Shown: positions 39,701 to 54,700, counted from the first letter of the stretch. The stretch is DNA of 64,000 nucleotides from Mobula hypostoma (GCF_963921235.1 NC_086097.1:64296001-64360000); one strand, 5' to 3'. Made by a program: numbers and translations. The notes: generated from the letters alone by a model not told the origin.

Positions 39701-42700
39701 TCAAAAGACCAAATTTATTAAATGTCTCAAATTACCCTCAACTGCAAACTACATTTCAAAAATATAGCTTTTATTAAATACAATAAATCAAATCAACAAA
39801 TTTTTTGCAGAGTTTCAATGTATAAAGAAACTTCCAATCTTACCAGGTTTTCTTGTTCATTGTTGTATGGACAACCATGTATCTGTAAATGTTAAGAACA
39901 CGTTTACACATATCCACATGTTCATCCAAAAGGGCTCCAATTTCATTGGCAGGTTCCAGTAGTAATATATTTGCAGAGTTGGTTATAAAAACCTGTAATA
40001 AAGTGGAAAATAATGCATCATTAATAAGGCACAGATAACACAAGATACACAGCATAACTGAAAATAAAATGACAGATTCAAGATTAAAATCAGAATCAGA
40101 TTTAACGTCACAGAAACATAGAAAATGTACAGCACAATACAGACCCTTCGGCCCACAAAACTGTGCCGAACATGTCCTTACCTTAGAGCTCCATGTACCT
40201 GCCCAGGAGTTTCTTAAAAGACCCTATCATATCCGCCTCCACGAACTCACGACTCTCTGCGTAAAAAACTTACCCTTGACATCTCCTCTGTACCTACTTC
40301 CAAGCACCTTAAAAACTGTGCCCTCTCGTGCTAGCCATTACAGCCCTGGGAAAAAGCCTCTGACTATCCACACAATCAATGCCTCTCATCATCTTATACA
40401 CCTCTGACGAAGGGTCTCGGCCTGAAACGTCGACTGTACCTCTTCCTACAGATGCTGCCTGACCTGTTGCATTCACTAGCAACTTTGATGTGTGTTCCTA
40501 CAATTGCCAAGATCCTTTTCTGTAGTGAATACTGAAGCAAAGTACTCATTAAGTACCTCTGCTATCTCCTCCCGTTCCATACACACTTTTCCACTGTCAA
40601 CTGGCATGTATTGCGAAATATGTTGCTTTATGGCAGCAGTACATTGCAATACATAATTTAAAAACTATAAATTACAATAAGAAACATATGCATTAATTTA
40701 AATTAAATTAGTAGTGCAAAAAGAGAGCAAAAAAAAAACAAAAATGCTGAGGCAGTGTTCATGGTCCATTCAGAAATCTGTTGGCAGTGGGGAAGAAGCT
40801 GTTCTTAAAATGTTGAGCGTGTGTCTTCAGGCTCCTATACCTCTTCCTTGATGGTAGCATGAGAAGAGGGCATGCTCTGTGTGATGTGATGTGATAACAG
40901 ATGCCCCATTTTGAATCATTGCCTTTTGAAGATATCCTTGATGCTGGGGAGGCAATGATGGAGCTGGCTGAGCTTGCAACTTTCTGCAGCTTTTATTCAA
41001 TCCTGTGCAGTGGTCCTTCCATACCAGACGGCGATGCAAGCAGTTAGAATACTCCCTATGATATATCTGTAGAAATTTGCAAGAGGCTTTGGTGACATAC
41101 CAAGTCGTCTCAAACTTCTAATGAAATATAGCTTTCTTAGTGCCTTCTTTGTTATTGCATTGTTGGCCCAGGACAGGCCTTCAGAGATGTCATCAACCAG
41201 GAACTTGAAACTGCTCACCTTTTCCACTGCTAATCCCTCGAAAAGGACTGATGTGTGTTCTCTCAACTTACCCTTCCTTAAGTACACATTCAATTCCTTG
41301 GTCTTACTGACATGGAGTGCAAGGTTGTTGTTTCAACACCATTCAACCAGCTGATCCATCTAACTCCTGTATGATAGCAATCTAATCTAATATAACCTAA
41401 CATCAATCTAATGCTAGTGCGTATTTTTGATCAGTTACCAACCCCAAAAAGTAAAAGTTTTAGTCCAATTGACATAACATCACAAAACAAACAAGGACAC
41501 AAACCTGCAATGATGCTTGAATGCCAGCATATACATTTCTCTCTTCTTCTTCCTCCAACTCAGGTGCTTTGTTAATCGCATTCTGATAGGATGAATTTCT
41601 TGTCCAACTTGGATTCCTAACATGGCCTGGTACTTTGGTTGCTTTATCCTATTAACAGACGGGAAAAACAACAAATGAAACAAGTCTTATTTGATAATAG
41701 TAAAAATAGTTTTCCAAATGAAGATCTGCTGCCTTAACTTGGTCAGTTCTATCCCACTTTCTTCCCTTCTCAGCTCCTGAGCTAATTACCCCACTAAACT
41801 CAAAACACCAGCACACAGTTCTGCATTTCCTCCACCAAAAGCTTAGGTATTTTGTCATTCGAGCAAGTTGAGGAAAACAAATTTTTAAAGCCTAGGATTG
41901 TACTAACAGGGCTACAGAATAAAACAATTCTATTGTTTATATGCAAAAGTTCTGCACTGGCCAGTATGTTAAATACATTCCAGGACATCATTATATCAGA
42001 AGATTTTTAAAAATTGAGTTAAGAACATAAAAGCACTTGAACAGGAAAAGGTCACAGACTTAGTTAGCTAACTGCTTTTAGATCAAATGTGTTTACTCAA
42101 GTGCTTCCGCCATCTGTTGGATGAACATTCAATATTCAAAGCTATTTAATATCAAAGTATGTACCCTACATACAACCCTGAGATTCATCTCCCTACAGGC
42201 AGACACAAAGAAATTCAATAGAACCCATTTAAAAAAATCGTCAAACACTTAATGTGCAGGAAAAAAAAAATCATGTAAACAATAAAAGTAAGTAAATAAC
42301 ATTCAGAACTGAAATTCATGAAAATGAGTCCACAGCCAAAAAGCCAGTCACCATTGCAGCTGATCCAGGAGCCCACTGATTGTAGGCCACGGTCTCAGTT
42401 CAGCGCAGAGACAGGTAAACCTCGTGGAGCAGCGAACTGAATACCTGCCTGTCCTTTGCCTCCGGTCCCAAGACCGTGACCTTTTCAGTCTGTCCTGGCA
42501 TCTAAATCAGCTGAACCTCAAGTTGCACCTCACTCTCAGTCCCAGGCTCTGCTGCTTCAATATGCCCCCGGGTCCAGGATTCGGCCCATACCTGACCTTT
42601 CCAATTTGGCTCGGTACTGAAATCGGTCAAACTTTGGCTTGCTCCTCGCTCTTGGACCCAGCCCCCACCATCCTGACACTGCCTCTGCTTGGTGTTGCCA

Positions 42701-45700
42701 CTTCAAATTCCCTCCAAGTCCTCTCCAGCAGCCAAACATTGGCTTGTTCCCTGCTCTCGGGTCCAGGCCCTGCCAAGTCGATTCGGCCTATACACGCCAT
42801 GCCACAACCATCCTGTACCTTCAAGACTTCAGCTCACGCCGCAAAATGCCGGGTCGCACAGGTGGTTCAAAAGCTCACTTCCAAAAGGGACGATGCAGAC
42901 TATTAATTGCAGTGATCATTTTTGAGAAAAAGTGTGATTAATAAAGTAATTAAAAGTTATAATTGCTGCAAGTAAGTTATCACTGTGCTTCACCAGCACC
43001 ATCTTAAACTGGAAGATTAGATGTAACATAAATAACAAGAATATTTAGAAAACCTTAGATCAAGCAACTTTCATGGAAGGCGAAATACTAATATGTACAG
43101 ACTGTACATATCAAAGACAGTATCAAATCTTCCAGCCCAGCTTTTCCTAGACCTGTATTTGTATAAGAAATGTTCATCACCAATGTTTTCCAAGTTTAAT
43201 AGCCTGAAACATTAACTCTTTGGTGGAAGCAAGGATTTAGGTAGGGTATTAGGACTAAATCTACCCCTTTAAGTAAATATTACATGACCCACAAGAGAAT
43301 TGTTGAAGCCAACTATATAAATGAATTCAAGACACAGACAGATATTCTTCTGGCATTCTGGCAACACAAAAGTACAGTGAGAAGGGAGGTAGAGAGAAAT
43401 AGGATTATCAGAATCAAGTTTATTATCACCAGCACGTGATATGAAATTTGTTAACTTAGCACCAGCAGTTCAATGCAAAACATAAGCTAGCAGAGAAAAA
43501 AAAATTAAAAAAAGAAAAAAATATAATAAATAAGTCAATTGTGGTATACGTATATTGAATAGATTAAAAAACATGCAAAATCAGAAATACTGTATATTAA
43601 AAAAAGTGAGGTAGTGTCCAGAGATTGAATGTCTATTTAGGAATCAGATGGCAGTGGGGAAGAAGCTGTTCCTGAATCGCTGAGTGTGTGCCTTCAGGCT
43701 TTTATACCTCCCACCTGATGGTAACAGTGAGAAAAGGGCATGCTCTGGGTGCTGGAGGTCCTTAATAATGGACGCTGCCTTTTTGAGACACCACTCCCTG
43801 AAGATGTCCTGGGTACTTTGTAGGCTAGTACTCAAGTGGGAGCCGTCTAGATTTACAACCTTCTGCAGCTTCTTTTGGTTCTATGCAGTAGCCCCTCTAT
43901 ATCAGACAGTGACACATCCTGTCAGAATCCACTCCAAAGTACAACTATAGAAGTTTTTGAGTGTAATTGTTGACATGCCAAATCGCTTCAAACTTCTAAT
44001 AAAGTATAGCCGCTGTCTTGCCTTCTTTAAAACTACATTGGTATGTTGGGACTAGGTTAGATCCTCAGAGATCTTGACACCCAGGAACTTGAAACTGCTC
44101 CCTCTCTTCACCTCTGATCCCTCTGAGAATTCAGCTGTGCCTAGCCACACTGTCACGTGTATATGGAGAGTAGAGCAGTGGGCTAAGTGCACACCCGAAG
44201 TGCGCCAGTGTTGATTGTGAGCAAGGAGGATATGTTATCACCAATCCACACAGATTGTGGTCTTCTGGTTAGAAAGTCAAAGATCCAATTGCAGAGAGAG
44301 GTACAGAAGCCCAGGTTCTGCAACGTCTCAAATAGGAACTATTGTGTGTTCCTCATCAAGGGAAAAATTCAACATTTTAAAATGTATTTTTCTGACCAAA
44401 GAGTCCCATAACTAGGATACTATTTCTGTATGAACAGTGACCTTCCATACATGGAAACAGGAAAACAGGTCTATCTGTAATTATCCAATTTCATATAAGC
44501 TGCAGGTTAAAGTTGAGAATTTGCTATCTTATACACCTCAATACCAGTCAAGAAAGTAGTGATTATTGTATTGTTAAACTTTTAAAATAGATCAAAATAC
44601 TATCCTGTCAACCTAAAAATACCCATACAAAGTAAAACTGATTGTAGAACAATGTTAATTGTAATTCTCTATCTCACTGTCTATTAAAGAAACCCACTAG
44701 AGGTGTTTTTTAAAATAATGAATCAACTTTCTTTTATATTCTTGGCATTCTTGATATTTTTGTTGTATAATACAAAGTAAAAGAGATTAAACTAGATTTG
44801 CAGGGCGATGGGAACCAGAGTGCCAGAGCTGACAGTGTGGCTGGGGTGAAAATAAATGATATTGAAAGTTTAAGCAAATCCACTGATAGAAAGGTTGTGA
44901 GTGGTGGTAAAAATCTTCTGAGGTGTATATATTTCAATGCTAGGAGTATTGCGGCGAAGGCGGTATTGCGGCGAAGGCGGATAAGTTGAGGGCGTGGATT
45001 GACACGTGGAATTATGATGTTGTAGCAATTAGTGAAACTTGGCTACAGGAGGGGCAGGACTGGCAGCTTAATATTCCAGGGTTCTGATGTTTCAGATGTG
45101 ATCGAGGCAGAGGAATGAAAGGTGGAGGAGTAGCATTGCTTGTTAGGGAAAATATTACAGCAGTGCTCAGGCAGGACAGATTAGAGGGCTTGTCTACTGA
45201 GTCCTTATGGGTGGAGCTGAGAAACAGGAAAGGTATGGCCACATTAATGGGATTGTATTACAGACCACCCAATAGTCAACGAGACTTGGAAGAGCAAATC
45301 TGCAGAGAGATAGCAGGCAACTGCAGGAAACATAAAGTTGTGGTGGTAGGGGATTTTAATTTTCCATACATTGATTGGGACTCCCATACTGTTAGGGGTC
45401 TAGATGGTTTAGAGTTTGTAAAATGTGTTCAGGAAAGTTTTCTACATCAGTGTATAGAGGGACCAACTAGAGGGGATGCAATATTGGATCTCCAGTTAGG
45501 AAACGAATTAGGGCAAGTGACAGAAGTCTGTGTAGGGGAGCACTTTGGTTCCAGTGATCATAACACCAGTAGTTTCAATTTGATCATGGACAAGGATAGA
45601 TCTGGTCCAAGGGTTGAGGTTCTGAACTGGAAGAAGGCCAAATTTGAAGAAATGAGAAAGGATCCAAAAAACGTGGATTGGGACAGGTTGTTCTCTGGCA

Positions 45701-48700
45701 AAGATGTGATTGGTAGGTGGGAAGCCTTCAAAGGGGAAATTTTGAGAGTGCAGAGTTTGTATGTTCCTGTCAGGATTAAAGAACCTTGGTTCTCAAGGGA
45801 TATTGCAACTCTGATAAAGAAGAAGAGGGAGTTGTATGAAATGTATAGGAAACGGGGTAAATCAGGTGCTTGAGGAGTATAAGAAGTGCAAGAAAATACT
45901 TAAGAAAGAAATCAGGAGGGCAAAAAGAAGACATGAGGTTGCCTTGGCAGTCAAAGTGAAGGATAATCCAAAGAGCTTTTACAAATATATTAAGAGCAAA
46001 AGGATTGTAAGGGATAAAATTGGTCCTCTTGAAGATCAGAGTGGACGGCTTTGTGCGGAACCAAAGGAAATGGGGAGATCTTAAATAGGTTTTTTGCGTC
46101 TGTATTTACTAAGGAAGCTGGCATGAAATCTATGGAATTGAGGGAATCAAGTAGTGAGACCATGGAAACTGTACAGATTGAAAAGGAGGAGGTGCTTGCT
46201 GTCTTGAGGAAAATTAAAGTGGATAAATCCCCGGGACCTGACAGAGTGTTCCCTCGGACCTTGAAGGAGACTAGTGTTGAAATTGCGGGGGCCTTGGCAG
46301 AAATATTTAAAATGTCGCTGTCTACGGGTGAAGTGCTGGAGGATTGGAGAGTGGCTCATGTTGTTCCGTTGTTTAAAAAAGGATCGAAAAGTAATCCGGG
46401 AAATTATAGGCCGGTGAGTTTAACGTCAGTAGTAGGTAAGTTATTGGAGGGAGTACTAAGGGACAGAATCTACAAGCATTTGGATAGACAGGAGCTTATT
46501 AGGGAGAGTCAACATGGCTTTGTGCGTGGTAGGTCATGTTTGACCAATCTGTTGGAGTTTTTCGAGGAGGTTACCAGGAAAGTGGATGAAGGGAAGGCAG
46601 TGGATATTGTCTACATGGACTTCAGTAAGGTCTTTGACAAGGTCCCGCATGGGAGGTTAGTTAGGAAAATTCAGTCGCTAGGTATACATGGAGAGGTGGT
46701 AAATTGGATTAGACATTGGCTCGATGGAAGAAGCCAGAAAGTGGTGGTAGAGAATTGCTTCTCTGAGTGGAGGCCTGTGACTAGTGGTGTGCCACAGGGA
46801 TCAGTGCTGGGTCCATTGTTAGTTGTCATCTATATCAATGATCTGGATGATAATGTGGTAAATTGGATCAGCAAGTTTGCTGATGATACAAAGACTGGAG
46901 GTGTAGTAGACAGTGAGGAAGGTTTTCAGAGCCTGCAGAGGGACTTGGACCAGCTGGAAAAATGGGCTGAAAAATGGCAGATGGAGTTTAATACAGACAA
47001 GTGTGAGGTATTGCACGTTGGAAGGACAAACCAACGTAGAACATACAGGGTTAATGGTAAGGCACTGAGGAGTGCAGTGGAACAGAGGGATCTGGGAATA
47101 CAGATACAAAATTCCCTAAAAGTGTCGTCACAGGTAGATAGGGTCGTAAAGAGAGCTTTTGGTACATTGGCCTTTATTAATTGAAGTATTGAGTATAAGA
47201 GCTGGAATGTTATGATGAGGTTGTATAAGGCATTGGTGAGGCCGAATCTGGAGTATTGTGTTCAGTTTTGGTCACCAAATTACAGGAAGGATATAAATAA
47301 GGTTGAAAGAGTGCAGAGAAGGTTTACAAGGATGTTGCCGGGACTTGAGAAACTCAGTTACAGAGAAAGGTTGAATATGTTAGGACTTTATTCCCTGGGA
47401 CGTAGAAGAATGAGGGGAGATTTGATAGAGGTATACAAAACTATGATGGGTATAGATAGAGTGAATGCAAGCAGGCTTTTTCCACTGAGGCAAGGGGAGA
47501 AAAAAAACCAGAGGACATGGGTTAAGGGTGAGGGGGAAAAGTTTAAAGGGAACATTGGGGGGGGGGCTTCTTCACACAGAGAGTGGTGGGAGTATGGAAT
47601 GAGCTGCCAGACGAGGTGGTAAATGCGGGTTCTTTTTTAACATTTAAGAATAAATTGGACAGATACATGGATGGGAGGTGTATGGAGGGATATGGTCCCT
47701 GTGCAGGTCAGTGGGACTAGGCAGAAAATGGTTTGGCACAGCCAAGAAGGGCCAAAGGGCCTGTTTCTGTGCTGTAGTTCCTATGGTTCTATGGTTCTAA
47801 AAGGTTGCACTCATTCTGAAGAGGTACTACTAACTTTGTGAAATTGTGCAGTGAAATAATATTCTACATCATCAAACTGAAAATGATGTAAAAAAAAAAT
47901 CAACATTTCCCTCATTATAACATAGATACATAGAAACCCTACAGGACAATACAGGCCCTCCGGCCCACGATGCCGTGCCGAACATGTACTTATTTTATAC
48001 ATTGTTACCATTCTTTGGCTGTGACGTTATGACAGATTGCAGCCAGGACAATAGTATTTAATTATTGACCATATTTCCGTATACTTTTAAGTCTGGAGAG
48101 AGAGCAGAATGACAAAGCAAATACACACAACTTTATTCAAAGTGTGGGAGGCAGATTTTCAACAAAAGTGGGAAAATTATCATTGATTTCTAACATATTC
48201 TATGCTTTACAATTTAAAACACACTATAATATTCAAGTCAAAAAGAACTTTTATGTAAACAAGCAGTACCTCAGCCTCCTCTTTTTGTTCCGACGGATAA
48301 GGACCTCTATGTTCTCCAACACTATCTAAATTGATAACACTTGTTGAAGGGGAATAACCCAAGTCTTCAGCCTCTTTCATAAATACAGGCTTATCTTCTT
48401 GCTGAATCCACTCCTGATAAACCTTAACAACTCTTCTCATGGCTGCAGCTTCACAGATAGGCAGCAGAAAAGCCTAAAGATAGAAGAAAATTGAAAGTTA
48501 TTTTTTTTATTGATGTAAGCAAATGCTTAAGAATATTTCTATGCATTTACAGTATGGTTCTTCAGCTTCTTTTTTTTATATAAATGAAGAAATGCACAAT
48601 CAGGTTTCAAATAGCATTAATATAGTCACAGAGTCATGGAGTAAACAGCACGAGAAAGGCCTTTCAGCCTAACTCATCTATGCTGACCACATTGACTATG

Positions 48701-51700
48701 TGTGCTAATTCTACTTTCAATCCCATTTCTAAATACTGTAGTCTTCTACATTTTTATCCTGTTGGTTGAGGTTCTGACTTCAAACAAAAACTGTGGCTGC
48801 ACCAAAAACACACAGTATCCTTCACCTTTCTTAAATTGAAATCTTCAGGAAGTGAAGTATTGCAATTTATATAAAACTTGCTCATTACAACAGTTTAATT
48901 TTAATGCCACAACTAAGTTCACAAAAAAGTTTCACACTTAATTTTATGAACTGTTTGTACATAGAAGACTAATAAAAGATATTACTATTAGGCAAAATTT
49001 ACAAAATTTTGCAGAATATTGAAAATTACCTGTCGAAAAACTTCAATAATAAAGTTGACATTCTCCCTTGAGGAATAAAAAACTTTCCGCACGATTTCAA
49101 TGTCTGTTAGATGTTCTTCATCAACACTACATAGACTAGATGAACTAGGTTCACGCTCAGTTAAGGTACTGGTATTAGAATGCGACTGTTCCAGTTCCGT
49201 GTTACCATCTCCAGAGTCTGCACGACAAGAGTTGTCCTCCCGAGCAGCCAAACCAGCAGCTGCTCTCTGGAGAATAAAACAATTTCATTTAAAAAACTCT
49301 AGTTAGTCATTGAAATGAAAGAAAAAAAAAATTGTTTATTTATTGAAAGGAATTAACATGTTTTTGTTTACTAACCTGAATGTTCTTTGGTACATTTTCC
49401 CCTTCAATTCCAGGAATCTGAAGTCCTGGATTAACTTTTGGCTCAAACCAGAAAGATACCAACCAGCGGATGACAGAAACACGAGCTGACAAAAATGCAT
49501 CTTTAGTACAATAAGTTGCTTCGTTAGTTTCTGGATCTTTCTTTGTTATCACATAATATGGCTTTGATCTTAATTGTGGTATGTCTGAAAATAAGGAATT
49601 AAAGCAAAAAGTTTTAGGAATATTATTTATAGCTTCTAAATGGAATGGCAAAAAGAATTGCAACCACATTTCTTCATTTCTGAAGATTTCAAAACAATGC
49701 ATTTGTCCCTTTAAGCAAACTCCTTATTTAGACCAAGTACCACAATTCCAACTGATCCTGGACACGTTTATATTGCATCGATCAAAAATTGAACACCATT
49801 AGTAGTTAAACTTCCAATTCACCCAGTCACTGTAACTTTTGGAAGAATATCAGATTTCCATTACCTTGTGTGCCAAATTGTACACCGATTCCTTCTCACC
49901 ATATTGAATACCAAGATTTCTGCACTTGAGTAACATTTTGAAGTTTTGTACATCTTTAATATGATCAAAAAAATTACTATCCCAGTCCAGTTATAGCAGC
50001 ATCAATATAGTGTCAGAAGGAGGAATGCCCATTTGAAAAACAAATCACTATTATTACTAGCAAAAAAAAAACAAATTCAAAGCACAGGATTTCAGCCAGC
50101 TTAATCACAAGAAAATTATCTTCCTTTTTGCCATTCACATGGATTTTCCATTTGTTCTTTCACTCTAGGTTTCATTTCTCAGCATCTGACTTCTCAGACT
50201 TCTCCCCAGACAGTGAAAAAACTGATGCCTTGATGTGGACAACCTGGACATTCCAGGTGTCTAAAGCAAGTTATGATGGCATGTGCTTTTAAAATTTTGA
50301 TCATGTAATAACATTTAACAAAATCTACTTGTACTTTTGCTGCTGTCTTTATATAGGCTGAGCATCCCTTATCCAAAATCCAAGATTATTTGAAGGCTGA
50401 CATGATGTCACAAAAAAATTTCACAAGGTACCAGGATGGTTCTCGGGTGATGCACAGGTCTCTGCGTACCACAGAGAGTTCCGAGAAGTGACCCTACATA
50501 TGTAATAAACAGAAATTAATGAAAAATAGAAAAACACTGCATAAAGCATGAAATGAAGATCTTGATGGTATATTGACAGAGTGGATTCGTCAGTGTTGGA
50601 GTGAAGATATGCTGCCTAGTGGTATGCTGATCATAAAACAAGCTAAGATCTATCATGATGAATTGAAAACTGAAGGTAAATTTGAATATTCAGCAGTTTG
50701 GTTGCAGAAATTTAAGAAAAGGCATCACACTAAATTTTTAAAGATTTGTGGTGACAAAGGTGATCACACAGCAGCAGGGAAATTCAATGATAACTTTGCC
50801 AAGATTGTTGCTGATGAAAATCTAACATACTGAAAGGCTGCATCAGTACATATGTGTGACAAAACAGTGTAAGACAATGAACTCTTACTGGTGACACACA
50901 AATTCAGAATCAGGAATGATGGCAATGGCAAACAGCCACTGAATATCCACCTGGGCAGCCGAGGTGGTGGCAGCTTACCTTTTGATAGTTCAATGCACAC
51001 ATTATTGTTTAATGCATTAAATTATTAAAAATACTAAACTGACCTTTGGGTATATGTATAAGCTCTCCATGTAATATAAATGGATTTTGTGTTTAGACTG
51101 GGATCCCATCTCCAAGATATCTCATTAAATAGATGCAAATATTCCAAAATACGAAAAACTCTTGAAATTCAATTAAAGGATGTACTTGCTTTTGGTAGCA
51201 GGTGTAAATAATGATTAGATCACAAGACATAAAAGCAGAATTAGGCCACTTGGTCCATCGAGTCTCCACTGCAATTAGATCATTGCTGATTTATTTTCCC
51301 CTCTTCAATCTCACTCTTCTGCCTTCTCTATGTAATTCTGCTTCAAGTATACCTAATGACTTGACTCCACAAATGTCTGTGGCAATGAATTTAACAGATT
51401 CATCACCACTTTGGTGCAGAAATTCCTCATCGCTGTTCTAAAGAGAGGCCCTTCTATTTCGAGGCTGTACCCTCTGGTCTAGTCTCCCCATTACTGTAAA
51501 TATTCTTTGCACATCCAGTCTATCTAGGCTTTTTAATACTCTGTTTCAATGAGATTCCCCCTCTCCCCTCGGTCATTAAACTCCAGTGAGTACAACCTTT
51601 TCAATCCTGGGATCATTTTTGTGAATCTCCTCTGGGCTCGCTCCTTGAACTGCACGTCCTTTCTTAGATATGGGCCCCAAAACAATGAGAAGAGGGTGTG

Positions 51701-54700
51701 CCCTGGGTGATGATGATAGCATTTTGGGGCACTGTCATTTGAAAATGTCCTCTACTGCAATGCCTCAAAAAAGTGGTGTCTATCATTAAGGACCCCATCA
51801 CCCAGGACATGCCCTTTTCTCATTGCTATGATCAAGGAAGCGGTACAGGAACCTGAAGGGACACACTCATTGTTTTTAAGAACAGCTTCTTCCCCTCCAC
51901 CACCAGATTTCTGAGTGAACAATGAACCCATATACACAACCTCACTAATTTTTTTCCTTTTTGCACTACTTATTTAATTTAACCTTTTATATACATTTTC
52001 CATTGCAATTTAGTTTTTAATATTACATATTGCATTGTACTGCTTCTGAAAAACAAAAAGTTTCATGACGTACATTAGTGATATTAAACCAGGTTCTGAA
52101 AATGGCTCACATAATGCAAATCATGTCTGACCAATGACCAAGAAAGTCTCAGCATTATATCCTTGATTTTATATTCTAATTCTCTCAACACAAATGCATT
52201 TGTTTTGGCATAATTTACATATCACTATTTATGGTTCTATTACTATTTATTATTTATGATGTAACTGTAACGAAAACCAATTTCCCCCGGGATCCATAAA
52301 GTATGACTACTACTACTGCATTTGCCTTCCTACTACCCACTCAACTTGTAAGTTAACCTTTGGGGAATCCTGCAATAGGATTGCCAAGTCACTTTACATC
52401 TCTGATTTCTGCATTTGCTCCGAATTCAGAAAATAGTCTACACCTTTATTCCTTCTACCAAAGTGCTTGACCATATACTTCCCAATACTGTATTGCATCT
52501 GCCACTTCTTTACCCATTCTCTTAATCTGTCCAAGTCTACAGACACCTTGCTTCCTCAATGCTACCTGTTCCTCTTTGCATTATCTGCAAACTTGATCAC
52601 AAAGCCTTTATTACATCATCCAGATCAATAATTTGTACCTGAAAAGTAGTGGATCTTACCAACCACTTATCACTTGCAGCCAACCAGAAATATCTCCTTT
52701 ATGCCCACTCCTTGTTTACTGCTAGTCAGCCAATCTTTGTTCACGTTAGTATCTTTCCTGTAATAGCTTGGGATCTTATCTTGTTTAGCAGCCCCATGTA
52801 TGGCACCTTTTCAAATGCCTTCTATAAATCCAAGCAAGCAAGATATACCAACTCTCCTTTGTCTATCCTGCCTGTAATTAATACAAAGAATTCCGACAGA
52901 TTTGTCAGGCAAGATTTCCCCTTAAAGAAACCATGTTTTCAGCAGACTTCAGCCTATTTTATCATGTGCTTTCAAGTACCTTGAAACCTCATCCTCAATA
53001 ATGGATCCTAACATCTTGCCTACCAGTGAAATCAGGCTAATTAACCTATAATTTCCTGTCTTTTGCCTCCCTACCTTCTTAAAGAGTGGAGAGGCGTTTG
53101 CAATTTTCTCTTCTGGAACCATTCCAGAATATAGTGATTCTTGAAAAGATCACTACTAGTGCCTCCACAATCTCTTCTGCTACCTTTTTCAGAACCCTGG
53201 GAGGTGTTCCATCTGGTCGAGGTCACCTATCTACCTTCAGATCCTTCAGCTTCTGTAACACCTTTTCCTTAGTACTAGCAACTGCTCACTTCTGCGCCCG
53301 ACACTCCTGAATTCCTGGCATGCTACTGGTGTCTCATTCAAAATATTTATTCAATTCATTCACCATTTCTTTGTCCCCCGTTACTACCTCTCCAGTATTA
53401 TTTTCCAAAGTTCACATTTGCTTCTCTTTTACTCTTTATAAATCTGGAAAAATGTTTACTATCATCTTTTGTATAATTAGCTGGCTTACCTTCGTATTTC
53501 ATCTTTTTTCTCCTTATCGTTTTTTAGTTGTATTGTTAGTTTTTATAAGCTTCCTAATCCTCTAGTTTCCAAATAATTTTTGCTATATTGTATGCCCTCT
53601 ATTTTGCTTTTATGCTGTCCTTGACTTCCCTTGTTAGCCATGGCTGCTTCATCCTTCCTTTAGGATGAACCATTCTGCACCTTTCAAATTGCTCCCAGAA
53701 AGTCCTGCCATTGCTGCTCTGACATCATCCTTGCTAGTGTCCCCCTTCAATCAACTATGACTAGCTCCTCTCTCATGCCTCTGTGGTTCTCTTTACTCCA
53801 CTGTAATAACGATATACCTGATTTTAGCTTCCCCTTCTGTGATGCCACCCATTTCAATTTTACCTCCATGTAGCCTGAAGTTAAATTCTTATCCCTTTCT
53901 AAACTTTTTGTCTTTATTCTTAAGACTTACATAATCTCTCCTGCACTCTCCTTCCATTTTACGTTACCCCTATCTTTACAAGCAAATGAACTCACTCCAC
54001 CTACTATTTAGTTTAAAGCCCTATCCATAGCACCAGTTATGAGATTTGCCAGGACCCTGGTCCCAAACGTAGTTAAGGTGGAGCCTGCCTCATGGGACTA
54101 TTTTATCCCTACCCCAATACCAGTGTCAATGTCCCACAAATTCAAACCTACTTCTTCCACACCAATCTTTAAGCCATGCATTTAGCACCCTGATCTTATT
54201 AACCCTTTCGCAATTTGCATGTGACTCAGGTAACAATCCAGAGATTATCACCTTTTAAATTTAGTCCCTAGCTGTTCAAATTCCTTCAGTAGAACTTCTT
54301 TCATTGGTCTTCCTATGTCATTGGTACCCACATGGACCACCTTCCTACTCCAAATTTCTCTGCAGGTCAGATAAAATGTATTTAAAATTGCTTCTGTCAG
54401 CCCAAATTATAAAAATTACACCTGGATTTTCTAATAAAAATCTACCTTTGTGTGAACAAAACTAAACAAAAAACTGCCAATGCTATAGTGCCAATGTAAA
54501 TCCATGCTGAATAAACCACTATAAAATAATTGTGCATTGATGGGGAGAAAGGAGTCAGTATATTTACCATGTCATTGAAAATCATGGCAGTTTTTTGTTT
54601 AGTTTTGTTCACACAAAGGTAGATTTTTATTAGAAAATCCAGGTGTAATTCTTATCTATGCAAGAGTCAAAATACTAAGATGTTTGCATGGTAATGGGAG

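Noticed and set aside
35358..39992. 279-nt in-frame circRNA driven by Penelope copies at 40404 and 32531
   Set aside because: The 32.5-kb arm has a much longer and closer partner at 34510-34800 in the same intron; no supporting evidence
22422..40497. Recurring short repeats as a CRISPR-like array or prokaryotic system
   Set aside because: Dispersed, inverted Penelope terminal repeats in a spliced vertebrate gene; no repeat-spacer periodicity and no cas genes
42424..42941. Several overlapping 60-160 aa ORFs
   Set aside because: Within a GC-richer repeat; no domain similarity or splice support
50573..50833. CENP-B/Jerky-like ORF as a domesticated gene
   Set aside because: Short, truncated by a stop, lacks the DDE domain and retains a TIR; it is a transposon relic
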